64,000 bases of DNA from Psilocybe cubensis (Eukaryota): the NCBI GenBank assembly GCA_017499595.2, contig JAFIQS020000014.1, positions 1 through 64,000 of the forward strand, in the 5' to 3' direction. Each line of letters begins with the position of its first letter. Position 1 is the stretch's first letter. Below the pieces are notes generated by a model. The model did no database searches. It saw only the letters and a list, made by a program, of their open reading frames with translations, and was not told the origin of the DNA. Positions 6,349 to 19,100 of the stretch are shown piece by piece. The translations under genes were made by a program, and so were the position numbers.

Positions 6349-9300
6349 ATCACTTCACGCGCTGTCATCGGATGTCTAGAACATTCCTTCTAAGAATAGC
6401 CACTGAAGAGTCTATAAAGACGAAAGGGCTGGTTGTTGGGATCCCCCAACAGCCCTCTGGCCTTCTTTCTATTTCAAACTCACAGTTTAAACTAGTCGCT
6501 CGCACCTCGCTTCGCTCGGTGCTCGCTCCCCCCCTAAACCCAACGACTTTGCTATCACCCATCAGTTACCATGTCATCCCAATACTCTGCTGCATTCTCT
6601 CGTGCCATGTCCCCTACCCTGGACGCACTCACCCAGGCCGTCGTCAACAACACTGTCTTCGGCGTCAACGATGAAGCAGGCCGCCATAACGCTCTTATCG
6701 ACGAGCTGGCCACTGTGGTCATCAAAAAAATAGCTGAGTGCCGCTCCGTTGACCAAGTCATAGACTGCGTCTTTTTTGACTATCGTGCTGCCCTCAGGGA
6801 GTTTCTCCTCAACCTCGCATCGTGGTGCGACAAGAGGGAAACAGTCAAGGCTAGCCTCGAGCGCCTTGAATCTGCCGTTAGCGCAGGCAACACGCCCAAT
6901 CGCCTTAAGGTGAAGGCACCCGAGTTCCAACTTACGAAGGAATTCGCGGATGCCGGGTCAGCGGAGGCTCTTCGAGTCTCCACTACGTTCTCTTCCGCTC
7001 GTGATGCCTTCCAAAAGGCAATTAACGACGGCGCCGTTCAGGCGAAAAAGGACGAGCTGGCTTTTTGGGATGATAAATGCGCGCTCAACTCTTGCTACGA
7101 AGCTGCTGCCCTCATCGTTAAGGCAACTTACGATGATCGCAAATCCAGCTACAAGCTCCCTGTTTTCTCTACAGACAACAAGGGAGTTCGACGTATAGCA
7201 GAGTGGGTAGTGTCTCCGCAAAAGAAAGCCGAATGCAGTGCGCTGCAAACTATACTGCCGGCGATCTTTTCTCATATCAAACAGATTGTCAACATGCGCC
7301 ACCGCGCCTTGGCAATTAAGATTGAGAAAAAGCGGACGACTGCGGCAACAGCCGATGTCGAGATGGCCGATGCGACCAAACCAGGTCCATCGATTCAATC
7401 CCTTATTGATAAGGGCTTGAATGCACGTCTCAAAAAGCTCAACCTTGGATCTGTGGGCAAGAAGGCAAGTTTTCGTAACCCTTCACCCATAATTCTGGAC
7501 ACTAATTATTACTCTAATTACCCAGACTTTGTCTGGCCAGAATTCGTCCAAGGCTCCTCAACCTCAGGCCAGGAAAGCTGGCCCTTCGAAACCCAAGTCG
7601 TCGTCGACGCCTTCGCAGAGGAAGCCTCAAACCAAGGCTTCCAACAAGGTCGACAACAAGAAGAAAGGGAAGGGGAGAGCTCCCGTCAAGAACAACGATC
7701 CAAAGGGAAAGGGAAAGGCAAGAGCCTAGACGCGCGGTCTACTGTAGCATCATTTACGTCGGTGAGACCCGCCTTCCCCAACTCTATTCCTGACGATATA
7801 CTCACCATGACTAAAACAGACGCAGTTTCTTTTGTACACCTCAATACCCCGATTTCATTCTTATTGGCTGGCCAGTATAGATCTAGTGTACACTGTAGTC
7901 CTGGTGTTTCGGTCCCTGTTGATGTAGCAAATGATTTATCTCTTGGACTCAATTATATGTTTTTTACACTGCCTTCTAAAAATCTGATCATGCAAGCATG
8001 GAATGATTTTCAACGAAGAATAAGATGGCGTATCTATTTTTTGTTTAAAGAAGGCATGAATAAACCTTTCGATCCAGACTATGGAGTAAGCTCTAAAAAG
8101 AAAGAGAAACCTCCAATGTTACCGCAATTTATGGAACTTGGCCTTTCAATGGGACGTCGGTACGTTATTAAAACGATCGCAAGTATCCCGGAAGAAGCCC
8201 TTAAAGAGATGCGAAAGCACGCGTTCTCTCCTAAAAGGGACAAGATCCAAAAGTTTCTTTTCGATAACAACTATGTTATTACGATGACAGATAAGAATCT
8301 TGGCCTCGCGGTGTCTGAACGCGACTGGATATTAAGGAATGAGCTCAATCTTCTTGAAGATGAACGCAACTACGAAGAGTTAGAATTCGAAGTTGCGCAA
8401 GAAGTTATGAAGAGCAAAATGATTCAGATGCAAACTCTCGCACGTACCGTCGAAGATGAACATCTGTTTCTATTTGAACTTGGGTTGTCTCGATTCTTTC
8501 TATCGAATGTACCGGAAGACGGATCATCGTTCAAGTATCCTCAATTTCATGGTATACCTAAAATCCACAAGAAACCTACTGGATTTAGGCCCATAATTCC
8601 GTGTCACTCTGTAGTATTTAATCCTGCAGCCAAGTTTGTATCAAAAGAGCTTAAGCCGATTATTAAATCGACTCCTTCAATCATTCACGGAACGAAGGAT
8701 CTCTTTACGAGATTAAGCCAATTGCGTATAGACCCCAAACGACAATGGTATTTTGTCACCGGGGATGTAGTTGCTTTCTATCCCAATATTCCGTTGGACT
8801 TGTGCATCGAAATCGTTTGTAATATGTACGAGGAATGGTTACTCAACGCTTCGGAAGAGAACACTGCATTAGCCCATATTAATCCAAATTCGTTAGAGAA
8901 TAACTTGGTTAAATTGGGCATCTTTAAACGTGCTATCGAGATTGGCAATACGCAATTGATAACACAACATGGGTCTAGATATTTTAGACAAAAAAATGGC
9001 CTCGCAATGGGCGTCGCGGATTCTCCGGACCTTGCTAACCTCTTTGGAGCCCATTTTGAAATAAAGTCAAAAATCTTAGACCACCCAAACGTGGCCTTCT
9101 ATGGAAGGTACATCGACGATTGTTTCGCAATTGTTTACGCCGAGTCCGAAGCACTTGCACTTAATCTTATTAAAGAAACAATAAAGTTCGATGGTTGTGT
9201 TATCGAATGGGCGGTTTCCTCGTCGGGATGTCAATTTCTCGATGCTTTCATATTCAAGGAGTCTGGAAAACTTCATTGGAAGCCATTTGTCAAGACAGGA

Positions 9301-10951
9301 AACAACCGAGAACGAGTTCCATGGGTATCACATCATCCTTTGGACGTCAAACGTGGCGTCTACATTGGAGAGTTATCCAGGTTAGCCGTGCTATGTAGTA
9401 CTAAGGAAATCTACATCGGAGCAATTAGAGACCTTAACGCTCTCTATTTGATGCGCGGTTATCCCGAAAACCTAGTCATGTCTTGGTGTAAGAAGAATAT
9501 ACAAGAACGTTGGGAAAAGCGATTCGCTTTACGAGTCGCAGAGCACGACGAATCCATTCTTGTACTTAAAACCAGATTTGATCAGGTATGGAATTGGTTT
9601 TCAGCTGCTGAACTTGGAAAGACTGTTACCGAGTACTGGTCGGCATGGTATGAACATGCCGAGAAAGGTCTGTATAGTGCAGACTCGTCCAGACCCCTTA
9701 TCAAACCAGATCCAAATTACGTTCACGACCTCGATGATGTTCGCCCGGAGCTGTTCACACAGATCCTCGTGGACGGAGAAACTGAGTTCGTACCGGATTT
9801 GAGGAAGATAGGACTACTCGGAAGTCGTTGGATAGTATCGCGAAAGCGCAATACTAATCTTTTCGACCTTGCAAATGTGTGGAAGAAAACAGTCTTTCGT
9901 AAACTGGATGAAAACATCGCTGAAAAAGGTGGTGTTGTTCCCGAAACTCAAAACGTTAATGAAACTTATCATTCTGCTCTAGTTGAAGCTGCTGAACAGA
10001 TAAGTATCGAAAGTGATAACGAGATAATACTTCATAGACGTTCAATCTCACAAGAGAGGGAACATCCAGAATTCGGCAGAATATCCAAATCTTACAACCG
10101 ATGAAAAGAATACTAGCGCGTAAGGCGTAAAGCATTAGAAAAAAACCCTAACCGTAAGTATTCCTTGCTATAAAGTAACAAACATCTACTTACAAGCAAC
10201 ACTTTGGATTAAATAGCTAAACCTAAACCCTAAACCCTAAACCCTAAACCCTAACCTAACCCCAACCCTAAGCTAACTAAGTCTAACCTTAGTAGGAAGT
10301 AAGGTAGGCGTGTGAACTTCCGAACGGCATGTGATTGTGAAGGGCCGGATCTAATTTAGTACATGGGAAAAGTTACTTAGTACTTCGGGAAAAGTTCCTT
10401 AGTACCGTGGAAACATTTTTGATGGACCGGATCATGAACTGTCCAATTAAGATTCACAACAATCAATCATTCTATTGTTTGATTGTTAGGTAAGGACCCA
10501 GGTAAGCTATTTATACTCTAGACATGTGAATATTCCCATGTCGCGGTTACTCGGAGCCACGTAACCAGAGTAATCTATATCCATGTGATTCACATCACAG
10601 TCAATAACCCACGATGTCAAAGAACAAAAGTGTTGGATCCACTTTTGACAGGTTACCATGTGCCACATCGACCCGTGACACTCTGTTCATCAGAGACCTG
10701 TCTAACTTGACAATAAACATTGACAGATTTGTGATAGTCGGTAAGATACATGACAGCTGCGCAGCATCACTTCACGCGCTGTCATCGGATGTCTAGAACA
10801 TTCCTTCTAAGAATAGCCACTGAAGAGTCTATAAAGACGAAAGGGCTGGTTGTTGGGATCCCCCAACAGCCCTCTGGCCTTCTTTCTATTTCAAACTCAC
10901 AGTTTAAACTAGTCGCTCGCACCTCGCTTCGCTCGGTGCTCGCTCCCCCCC
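6348..10951 (+). mobile_element. Penelope-like element unit 2 (short 5' pLTR, no group I intron)
   Basis: Near-identical to unit 1 but lacking the 929-nt insertion. Confidence 0.92.
6571..10104 (+). CDS. PLE ORF1-RT polyprotein (1177 aa)
   Basis: Same RT motifs as unit 1. Confidence 0.95.
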   Translation: MSSQYSAAFSRAMSPTLDALTQAVVNNTVFGVNDEAGRHNALIDELATVVIKKIAECRSVDQVIDCVFFDYRAALREFLLNLASWCDKRETVKASLERLESAVSAGNTPNRLKVKAPEFQLTKEFADAGSAEALRVSTTFSSARDAFQKAINDGAVQAKKDELAFWDDKCALNSCYEAAALIVKATYDDRKSSYKLPVFSTDNKGVRRIAEWVVSPQKKAECSALQTILPAIFSHIKQIVNMRHRALAIKIEKKRTTAATADVEMADATKPGPSIQSLIDKGLNARLKKLNLGSVGKKASFRNPSPIILDTNYYSNYPDFVWPEFVQGSSTSGQESWPFETQVVVDAFAEEASNQGFQQGRQQEEREGESSRQEQRSKGKGKGKSLDARSTVASFTSVRPAFPNSIPDDILTMTKTDAVSFVHLNTPISFLLAGQYRSSVHCSPGVSVPVDVANDLSLGLNYMFFTLPSKNLIMQAWNDFQRRIRWRIYFLFKEGMNKPFDPDYGVSSKKKEKPPMLPQFMELGLSMGRRYVIKTIASIPEEALKEMRKHAFSPKRDKIQKFLFDNNYVITMTDKNLGLAVSERDWILRNELNLLEDERNYEELEFEVAQEVMKSKMIQMQTLARTVEDEHLFLFELGLSRFFLSNVPEDGSSFKYPQFHGIPKIHKKPTGFRPIIPCHSVVFNPAAKFVSKELKPIIKSTPSIIHGTKDLFTRLSQLRIDPKRQWYFVTGDVVAFYPNIPLDLCIEIVCNMYEEWLLNASEENTALAHINPNSLENNLVKLGIFKRAIEIGNTQLITQHGSRYFRQKNGLAMGVADSPDLANLFGAHFEIKSKILDHPNVAFYGRYIDDCFAIVYAESEALALNLIKETIKFDGCVIEWAVSSSGCQFLDAFIFKESGKLHWKPFVKTGNNRERVPWVSHHPLDVKRGVYIGELSRLAVLCSTKEIYIGAIRDLNALYLMRGYPENLVMSWCKKNIQERWEKRFALRVAEHDESILVLKTRFDQVWNWFSAAELGKTVTEYWSAWYEHAEKGLYSADSSRPLIKPDPNYVHDLDDVRPELFTQILVDGETEFVPDLRKIGLLGSRWIVSRKRNTNLFDLANVWKKTVFRKLDENIAEKGGVVPETQNVNETYHSALVEAAEQISIESDNEIILHRRSISQEREHPEFGRISKSYNR

Positions 10952-11012
10952 TAAAACCCCTAAACCCTAAACCCTAAACCCTAACCCTAAACCCTAAACC
11001 CTAAACCCTAAA
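10951..11012 (+). repeat. Interstitial telomeric tract
   Basis: (CCCTAAA)n with variants. Confidence 0.93.
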
Positions 11013-11602
11013 AGCCGGCGACACTACCGAATTGCTGGGACGTCCTAAAGCTTGTGGGTACCGCCGACCGCTGGAAACAGCCTAGGCACCGGTGGCGACC
11101 GGGTATGGTAACAATCCCCAAGATTCAGCGAAAGCTGGAATGGATAATCAGCAGCGAATCCGTAACGGTCACGCCGACGGAAGCGTTCAACGACTAGGTG
11201 GTAGTGGGGTCTTCGGATCTTAAGATATAGTCTTGGGAGTGGGGAAACCCACATCTGGTATCTAAACCGCGCCTCGCTGCTTACGAGGACGGCCCGAAGT
11301 CCAGAACCGCTTAAAACGCGGGTGACCCGGCCTCCCCTTAGTAAAGGGAGTTAACACAAGGATGGACAAATAGTTCGTCGCCGGAAATGAACCTGTGGCT
11401 GTAATGGCTGATGTGGCGCCCCTTGGTAAAGGGCTTAAAGGGTATTAGCCTGCCATGTCCAATGGCATGAGAGTGTCCCTTGGTAAAGGACTTAATAGGC
11501 AATAGCCTGCTCTTTTGTCATGAGCGGTATGTAGTGATCGTTTGCCTGTACGGTAGCGCCCATTGCTTGCACTGGTCCACGCCCGTAAAAAATCACGAGC
11601 CG
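11013..11602 (+). ncRNA. 5'-truncated second copy of the group I intron (catalytic core to omega-G; P1/IGS missing)
   Basis: Matches 1208-1797 by eye; ends ...cacgagccG|ctggc. Confidence 0.9.
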
Positions 11603-11713
11603 CTGGCTACTTTCCATTTAACTCCCAGTTTAAACTAGTCGCTCGCACCTCGCTTCGCTCGGTGCTCGCTCCCCCCCTAAACCCAACGACTTTGCTATTA
11701 TCCATCAGCCACT

Positions 11714-14700
11714 ATGTCATCTCAATACTCTGCTGCTTTCTCTCGTGCCATGTCCCCCACCCTGGACGCACTCACCCAGGCCGTCGTCAACAACACCGTT
11801 TTCGGCGTCAACGATGAAGCAGGCCGCCATAACGCTCTGATCGACGAGCTGGCCACTGTGGTCATCAAAAAAATAGCTGAGTGCCGCTCCGTTGACCAAG
11901 TCATAGACTGCGTCTTTTTTGACTATCGTGCTGCCCTTAGGGAGTTTCTCCTCAACCTCGCATCGTGGTGCGATAAGAGGGAAACAGTCAAGGCTAGCCT
12001 CGAGCGCCTTGAATCTGCCGTTAGCGCAGGCAACACGCCCAATCGCCTTAAGGTGAAGGCACCCGAGTTCCAACTTACGAAGGAATTCGCGGATGCCGGG
12101 TCAGCGGAGGCTCTTCGAGTCTCCACTACGTTCTCTACCGCTCGTGACGCCTTCCAAAAGGCAATTAACGACGGCGCCATTCAGGCGAAAAAGGACGAGC
12201 TGACTTTTTGGGATGATAAATGCGCACTCAACTCTTGCTACGAAGCTGCTGCCCTCATCGTTAAGGCAACTTACGATGATCGCAAATCCAGCTACAAGCT
12301 CCCTGTTTTCTCTACAGATAACAAGGGAGTTCGACGTATAGCAGAGTGGGTAGTGTCTCCGCAAAAGAAAGCCGAATGCAGTGCGCTGCAAACCATACTG
12401 CCGGCGATCTTTTCTCACATCAAACAAATTGTCAACATGCGCCACCGCGCTTTGGCAATTAAGATTGAGAAAAAGCGGACGACTGCGGCAACAGCCGATG
12501 TCGAGATGGCCGACGCGACCAAACCAGGTCCGTCGATTCAATCCCTTATTGATAAGGGCTTGAATGCACGTCTCAAGAAGCTCAACCTTGGATCTGTGGG
12601 CAAGAAGGCAAGTTTTCGTAACCCTTCACCCATAATTCTGGATACTAATTACTACTCTAATTACCCAGACTTTGTCTGGCCAGAATTCGTCCAAGGCTCC
12701 TCAACCTCAGGCCAAGAAAGCTGGCCCTTCGAAACCCAAGTCGTCGTCGACGCCTTCGCAACGCAAGCCTCAAACCAAGGCTTCCAACAAGGTCGACAAC
12801 AAGAAGAAAGGGAAGGGGAGAGCTCCCGTCAAGAACGATCCAAAGGGAAAGGGAAAGGCAAGAGCCTAGATGCGCGGTCTAATGTAGTACCTTTTACGTC
12901 GGTGAGACCCGCCTTCCCCAACTCTATTCCTGACGATATACTCACCATGACTAAAACAGACGCAGTTTCTTTCGTACACTTACATACTCCAATATCATTC
13001 TTGTTGGCTGGCCAGTATCGTAGTAGTGTACATTGTAGTCCTGGTGTTTCTGTCCCTGTTGATGTAGCAAACGATCTCTCTCTCGGACTTAATTATATGT
13101 TTTTCACTCTGCCTTCTAAAAGTCTGATCATGCAAGCATGGAATGATTTCCAACGAAGAATAAGATGGCGTATCTATTTTTTGTTTAAGGAAGGCATGAA
13201 TAAACCTTTTGATCCAGATTATGGAGTAAGCTCAAAAAAGAAAGAGAAACCTCCTGTATTACCGCAATATATGGAACTTGGCCTTTCGATGGGACGTCGG
13301 TACGTGCAACGCACGATCGCAAGTATCCCGGAAGAAGCCCTTACGGAGATGCGAAAGCACGCGTTCTCTCCTAAAAGGGACAAGATCCGTAAGTTTCTTA
13401 TCGATAACAACTATGTTATTACGATGACAGATAAGAATCTTGGCCTCGCGGTGTCTGAACGCGACTGGATATTAAGGAATGAGCTCAATCTTCTTGAAGA
13501 TGAACGTAATTACGAAGAGTTAGAATTCGAAGTTGCGCAAGAAGTTATGAAGAGCAAAATGATTCAGATGCAAACGCTCGCACGTACTGTCGAAGATGAA
13601 CATCTGTTTCTATTTGAACTTGGGTTGTCTCGATTCTTTCTATCGAATGTACCGGAAGACGGATCATCGTTCAAGTATCCTCAATTTCATGGTATACCTA
13701 AAATCCACAAGAAACCTACTGGATTTAGGCCCATAATTCCGTGTCACTCTGTAGTATTTAATCCTGCAGCCAAGTTTGTATCAAAAGAGCTTAAGCCGAT
13801 TATTAAATCGACTCCTTCAATCATACACGGAACGAAGGATCTCTTTACGAGATTAAGCCAATTGCGTATAGACTCCAAAAGACAATGGTATTTTGTCACT
13901 GGAGATGTAGTTGCTTTCTATCCCAATATTCCGTTGGACTTGTGCATCGAAATCGTTTATAGTATGTACGAGGAATGGTTACTCAACGCTTCGGAAGAAA
14001 ACACTGCATTAGCCCATATTAATCCAAATTCGTTAGAGAATAACTTGGTTAAATTGGGCATCTTTAAACGTGCTATCGAGATTGGCAATACGCAATTGAT
14101 AACACAACATGGGTCTAGATATTTTAGACAAAAAAATGGCCTCGCAATGGGCGTCGCGGATTCTCCGGACCTTGCTAACCTCTTTGGAGCCCATTTTGAA
14201 ATAAAGTCAAAAATCTTAGACCACCCAAACGTGGCCTTCTATGGAAGGTACATCGACGATTGTTTCGCAATTGTTTACGCCGAGTCCGAAGCACTTGCAC
14301 TTAATCTTATTAAAGAAACAATAAAGTTCGATGGTTGTGTTATCGAATGGGCTGTTTCCTCGTCGGGATGTCAATTTCTCGATGCTTTCATATTCAAGGA
14401 GTCTGGAAAACTTCATTGGAAGCCTTTTGTCAAGACAGGAAACAACCGAGAACGAGTTCCATGGGTATCACATCATCCTTTGGACGTCAAACGTGGCGTC
14501 TACATTGGAGAGTTATCCAGGTTAGCCGTGCTATGTAGTACCAAGGAAATCTACATCGGAGCAATTAGAGACCTTAACGCTCTCTATTTGATGCGCGGTT
14601 ATCCCGAAAACCTAGTCATATCTTGGTGTAAGAAGAATATACAAGAACGTTGGGAAAAGCGATTCGCTTTACGAGTCGCAGAGCACGACGAATCCATTCT

Positions 14701-15244
14701 TGTACTTAAAACCAGATTTGATCAGGTATGGAATTGGTTTTCAGCTGCTGAACTTGGAAAAACTGTTACCGAGTACTGGTCGGCATGGTATGAACATGCC
14801 GAGAAAGGTTTGTATAGTGCAGACTCGTCCAGACCCCTTATCAAACCAGATCCAAATTACGTTCACGACCTCGATGATGTTCGCCCGGAGCTGTTCACAC
14901 AGATCCTCGTGGACGGAGAAACTGAGTTCGTACCGGATTTGAGGAAGATAGGACTACTCGGAAGTCGTTGGATAGTATCGCGAAAACGCAATACTAATCT
15001 TTTCGACCTTGCAAATGTGTGGAAGAAAACAGTCTTTCGTAAACTGGATGAAGACATCGCTGAAAAAGGTGGTGTTGTTCCCGAAACTCAAAACGTTAAT
15101 GAAACTTATCATTCTGCTTTAGTTGAAGCTGCTGAGCAGATAAGTATCGAAAGTGATAACGAGATAATACTTCATAGACGTTCAATCTCACAAGAGAGGG
15201 AACATCCAGAATTTGGCAGAATATCCAAATCTTACAACCGATGA
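11714..15244 (+). CDS. PLE ORF1-RT polyprotein (1176 aa)
   Basis: Same RT motifs. Confidence 0.95.
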   Translation: MSSQYSAAFSRAMSPTLDALTQAVVNNTVFGVNDEAGRHNALIDELATVVIKKIAECRSVDQVIDCVFFDYRAALREFLLNLASWCDKRETVKASLERLESAVSAGNTPNRLKVKAPEFQLTKEFADAGSAEALRVSTTFSTARDAFQKAINDGAIQAKKDELTFWDDKCALNSCYEAAALIVKATYDDRKSSYKLPVFSTDNKGVRRIAEWVVSPQKKAECSALQTILPAIFSHIKQIVNMRHRALAIKIEKKRTTAATADVEMADATKPGPSIQSLIDKGLNARLKKLNLGSVGKKASFRNPSPIILDTNYYSNYPDFVWPEFVQGSSTSGQESWPFETQVVVDAFATQASNQGFQQGRQQEEREGESSRQERSKGKGKGKSLDARSNVVPFTSVRPAFPNSIPDDILTMTKTDAVSFVHLHTPISFLLAGQYRSSVHCSPGVSVPVDVANDLSLGLNYMFFTLPSKSLIMQAWNDFQRRIRWRIYFLFKEGMNKPFDPDYGVSSKKKEKPPVLPQYMELGLSMGRRYVQRTIASIPEEALTEMRKHAFSPKRDKIRKFLIDNNYVITMTDKNLGLAVSERDWILRNELNLLEDERNYEELEFEVAQEVMKSKMIQMQTLARTVEDEHLFLFELGLSRFFLSNVPEDGSSFKYPQFHGIPKIHKKPTGFRPIIPCHSVVFNPAAKFVSKELKPIIKSTPSIIHGTKDLFTRLSQLRIDSKRQWYFVTGDVVAFYPNIPLDLCIEIVYSMYEEWLLNASEENTALAHINPNSLENNLVKLGIFKRAIEIGNTQLITQHGSRYFRQKNGLAMGVADSPDLANLFGAHFEIKSKILDHPNVAFYGRYIDDCFAIVYAESEALALNLIKETIKFDGCVIEWAVSSSGCQFLDAFIFKESGKLHWKPFVKTGNNRERVPWVSHHPLDVKRGVYIGELSRLAVLCSTKEIYIGAIRDLNALYLMRGYPENLVISWCKKNIQERWEKRFALRVAEHDESILVLKTRFDQVWNWFSAAELGKTVTEYWSAWYEHAEKGLYSADSSRPLIKPDPNYVHDLDDVRPELFTQILVDGETEFVPDLRKIGLLGSRWIVSRKRNTNLFDLANVWKKTVFRKLDEDIAEKGGVVPETQNVNETYHSALVEAAEQISIESDNEIILHRRSISQEREHPEFGRISKSYNR

Positions 15245-16090
15245 AAAGAATACTAGCGCTTAAGGCGTAAAGCATTAGAAAAAAACCCTAACCGTAAGTA
15301 TTCCTTGCTATAAAGTAACAAACATCTACTTACAAGCAACACATTGGATTGAATAGCTAAACCTAAACCTAAACCCTAAACCCTAAACCCTAAACCCTAA
15401 CCTAACCCCAACCCTAAGCTAACTAAGTCTAACCTTAGTAGGAAGTAAGGTAGGCGTGTGAACTTCCGAACGGCATGTGATTGTGAAGGGCCGGATCTAA
15501 TTTAGTACATGGGAAAAGTTACTTAGTACTTCGGGAAAAGTTCCTTAGTACCGTGGAAACATTTTTGATGGACCGGATCATGAACTGTCCAATTAAGATT
15601 CACAACAATCAATCATTCTATTGTTTGATTGTTAGGTAAGGACCCAGGTAAGTTATTTATACTCTAGACATGTGAATATTCCCATGTCGCGGTTACTCGG
15701 AGCCACGTAACCAGAGTAATCTATATCCATGTGATTCACATCACAGTCAATAACCCACGATGTCAAAGAACAAAAGTGTTGGATCCACTTTTGACAGGTT
15801 ACCATGTGCCACATCGACCCGTGACACTCTGTTCATCAGAGACCTGTCTAACTTGACAATAAACATTGACAGATTTGTGATAGTCGGTAAGATACATGAC
15901 AGCTGCGCAGCATCACTTCACGCGCTGTCATCGGATGTCTAGAACATTCCTTCTAAGAATAGCCACTGAAGAGTCTATAAAGACGAAAGGGCTGGTTGTT
16001 GGGATCCCCCAACAGCCCTCTGGCTACTTTCCATTTAACTCCCAGTTTAAACTAGTCGCTCGCACCTCGCTTCGCTCGGTGCTCGCTCCC

Positions 16091-16171
16091 CCCCTAAACC
16101 CTAAACCCTAAACCCTAAACCCTAAACCCTAAACCCTAAACCCTAAACCCTAAACCCTAAACCCTAAACCC
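16091..16171 (+). repeat. Interstitial telomeric tract
   Basis: (CCCTAAA)n. Confidence 0.93.
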
Positions 16172-19100
16172 TCGGGAAAAGTTCCTTAGTACCGTGGAAA
16201 CATTTTTGATGGACCGGATCATGAACTGTCCAATTAAGATTCACAACAATCAATCAATTGATTGTTAGGTAAGGACCCAGGTAAGCTATTTATACTCTTG
16301 ACATGAGAATATTCCCATGTCACGGTTACTCGGAGCCACGTAACCAGAGTATTTTATATCCATGTGATTCACATCACAGTCAATAACCCACGATGTCAAA
16401 GAACAAAAGTGTTGGATCCACTTTTGACAGGTTACCATGTGCCACATCGACCCGTGACACTCTGTTCATCAGAGATCTGTCTAACTTGACAATAAACATT
16501 GACAGATTTGTGATAGTCGGTAAGATACATGACAGCTGCGCAGCATCACTTCACGCGCTGTCATCGGATGTTCCAGAACATTCCTTCTAAGAATAGCCAC
16601 TGAAGAGTCTATAAAGACGAAAGGGCTGGCTGCTGATAACAATCAACAGCCCTCTGGCCTTCTTTCCATTTAACTCACAGTTTAAACAAGTCGCTCGCAC
16701 CTCGCTTCGCTCGGTGCTCGCTCCCCCCCTAAACCCAACGACTTTGCTATTACCCAACAGCTACTATGTCTTCCACTTACTCTGCTGCCTTCTCTCGTGC
16801 CATGTCCCCCACCCTGGACGCACTCACCCAGGCTGTCGTCAACAACACAGTTTTTGGCGTCAACGACGAAGCTGGCCGCCACAACGCCCTCATCGACGAG
16901 TTGGCCACTGTCGTCATCAAGAAAATAGCTGAGTGCCGCTCCATTGACCAGATTGTAGACTGCGTCTTTTTTGACTATCGTGCTGCCCTTAGGGAGTTTC
17001 TCCTCAACCTCGCATCGTGGTGCGATAAGAGGGAAACAGTCAAGGCTAGCCTCGAGCGCCTTGAACTTGCCGTTAGCGCAGGCAACACCCCCAATCGCCT
17101 TCGGGTGAAGGCTCCCGAGTTCCAACTTACGAAGGAATTCGCGGATGCCGGGTCAGCGGAAGCTCTTCGAGTTTCCTCTACGTTCTCCACCGCTCGTGAT
17201 GTCTTCCAAAAGGCAATCAACGACGGCGCCATTCAGGCGAAAAAGGACGAACTGGCCTTTTGGGATGATAAATGCGCACTCAATAACTGTTATGAAGCTG
17301 CTGCCCTCATCGTTAAGACAACTTACGATGATCGCAAATCCAGCTATAAGCTCCCCGTTTTCTCTACAGACAACAAGGGAGTTCGTCGAATAACAGATTG
17401 GGTAGTGTCACCGCAGAAGAAGGCTGAATGCAGCGCATTGCAAACCATTTTGCCAGCCATCTTCTCTCATATCAAACAGATTGTCAACTTGCGCCACCGC
17501 GCTTTGGCAATCAAGATTGAGAAAAAGCGGTCGACTGCGGCAACAGCCGATGTCGAGATGGCCGATGCGACCAAACCAGGTCCATCGATTCAATCCCTTA
17601 TTGATAAGGGCTTGAATGCACGTCTCAAGAAGCTCAACCTTGGATCTGTGGGCAAGAAGGCAAGTTCTCGTAACCCTTCACCCATAATTCTGGATACTAA
17701 TTACTATTCTAATTACCCAGACTTTGTCTGGCCAGAATTCGTCCAAGGCTCCTCAACCTCAGGCCAAGAAAGCTGGCCCTTCGAAATTCAAACCCTCGTC
17801 GACGCCTTCGCAGAAGAAGCCCCAAACCAAGGCTTCCAACAAGGTCGACAACAAGAAGAAAGGGAAGGGGAGAGCTCCCGTCAAGAACGATCCAAAGGGA
17901 AAGGGAAAGGCAAGAGCCTAGACGCGCGGTCTAATGTAGTACCTTTTACGTCGGTAAGACCCGCCTTCCCCAACTCTATTCCTGACGATATACTCACCAT
18001 GACTAAAACAGACGCAGTTTCTTTTGTACACTTACATACGCCGATCTCATTCTTGTTGGCTGGCCAGTATCGTAGTAGTGTACACTGTAGTCCTGGTGTG
18101 GTGGTCCCTGTAGATATAGCAAATGATTTGTCACTCGGACTCAATTATATGTTTTTTACTCTGCCTTCTCAAAGTCTGATCATGCAAGCATGGAATGATT
18201 TTCAACGAAGAATAAGATGGCGTATCTATTTTTTGTTTAAGGAAGGCATGAACAAACCTTTTGATCCAGATTACGGAGTAAGCTCAAAAAAGAAAGAGAA
18301 ACCTCCAGTATTACCGCAATACATGGAACTTGGCCTTTCGATGGGACGTCGGTACGTGCAACGCACGATCGCAAGTATCCCGGAAGAAGCCCTTACGGAG
18401 ATGCGAAAGCACGCGTTCTCTCCTAAAAGGGACAAGATCCGTAAGTTTCTTATCGATAACAACTATGTTATTACGATGACAGATAAGAATCTTGGCCTCG
18501 CGGTGTCTGAACGCGACTGGATATTAAGGAATGAGCTCAATCTTCTTGAAGATGAACGTAACTATGAAGAGTTAGAATTCGAAGTTGCGCAAGAAGTAAT
18601 GAAGAGCAAAATGATCCAGATGCAAACTCTTGCACGTACCGTCGAAGATGAACATCTGTTTCTATTTGAACTTGGGTTGTCTCGATTCTTTCTATCGAAT
18701 GTACCGGAAGACGGATCATCGTTCAAGTATCCTCAATTTCATGGTATACCTAAAATCCACAAAAAACCTACTGGATTTAGACCCATAATTCCGTGTCACT
18801 CTGTAGTATTTAATCCTGCAGCCAAGTTTGTATCAAAAGAGCTTAAGCCGATTATTAAATCGACTCCTTCAATCATTCACGGAACGAAGGATCTCTTTAC
18901 GAGATTAAGCCAATTGCGTATAGACCCCAAACGACAATGGTATTTTGTCACCGGGGATGTAGTTGCTTTCTATCCCAATATTCCGTTGGACTTGTGCATC
19001 GAAATCGTTTGTAATATGTACGAGGAATGGTTACTCAACGCTTCGGAAGAAAACACTGCATTAGCCCATATTAATCCAAATTCGTTAGAGAATAACTTGG

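Larger units (their letters stand above)
11013..16095 (+). mobile_element. Penelope-like element unit 3, 5'-truncated inside the group I intron
   Basis: Starts agccggcgacactacc directly after telomere repeats; different 3'-exon variant (ctggctactttcc). Confidence 0.92.
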
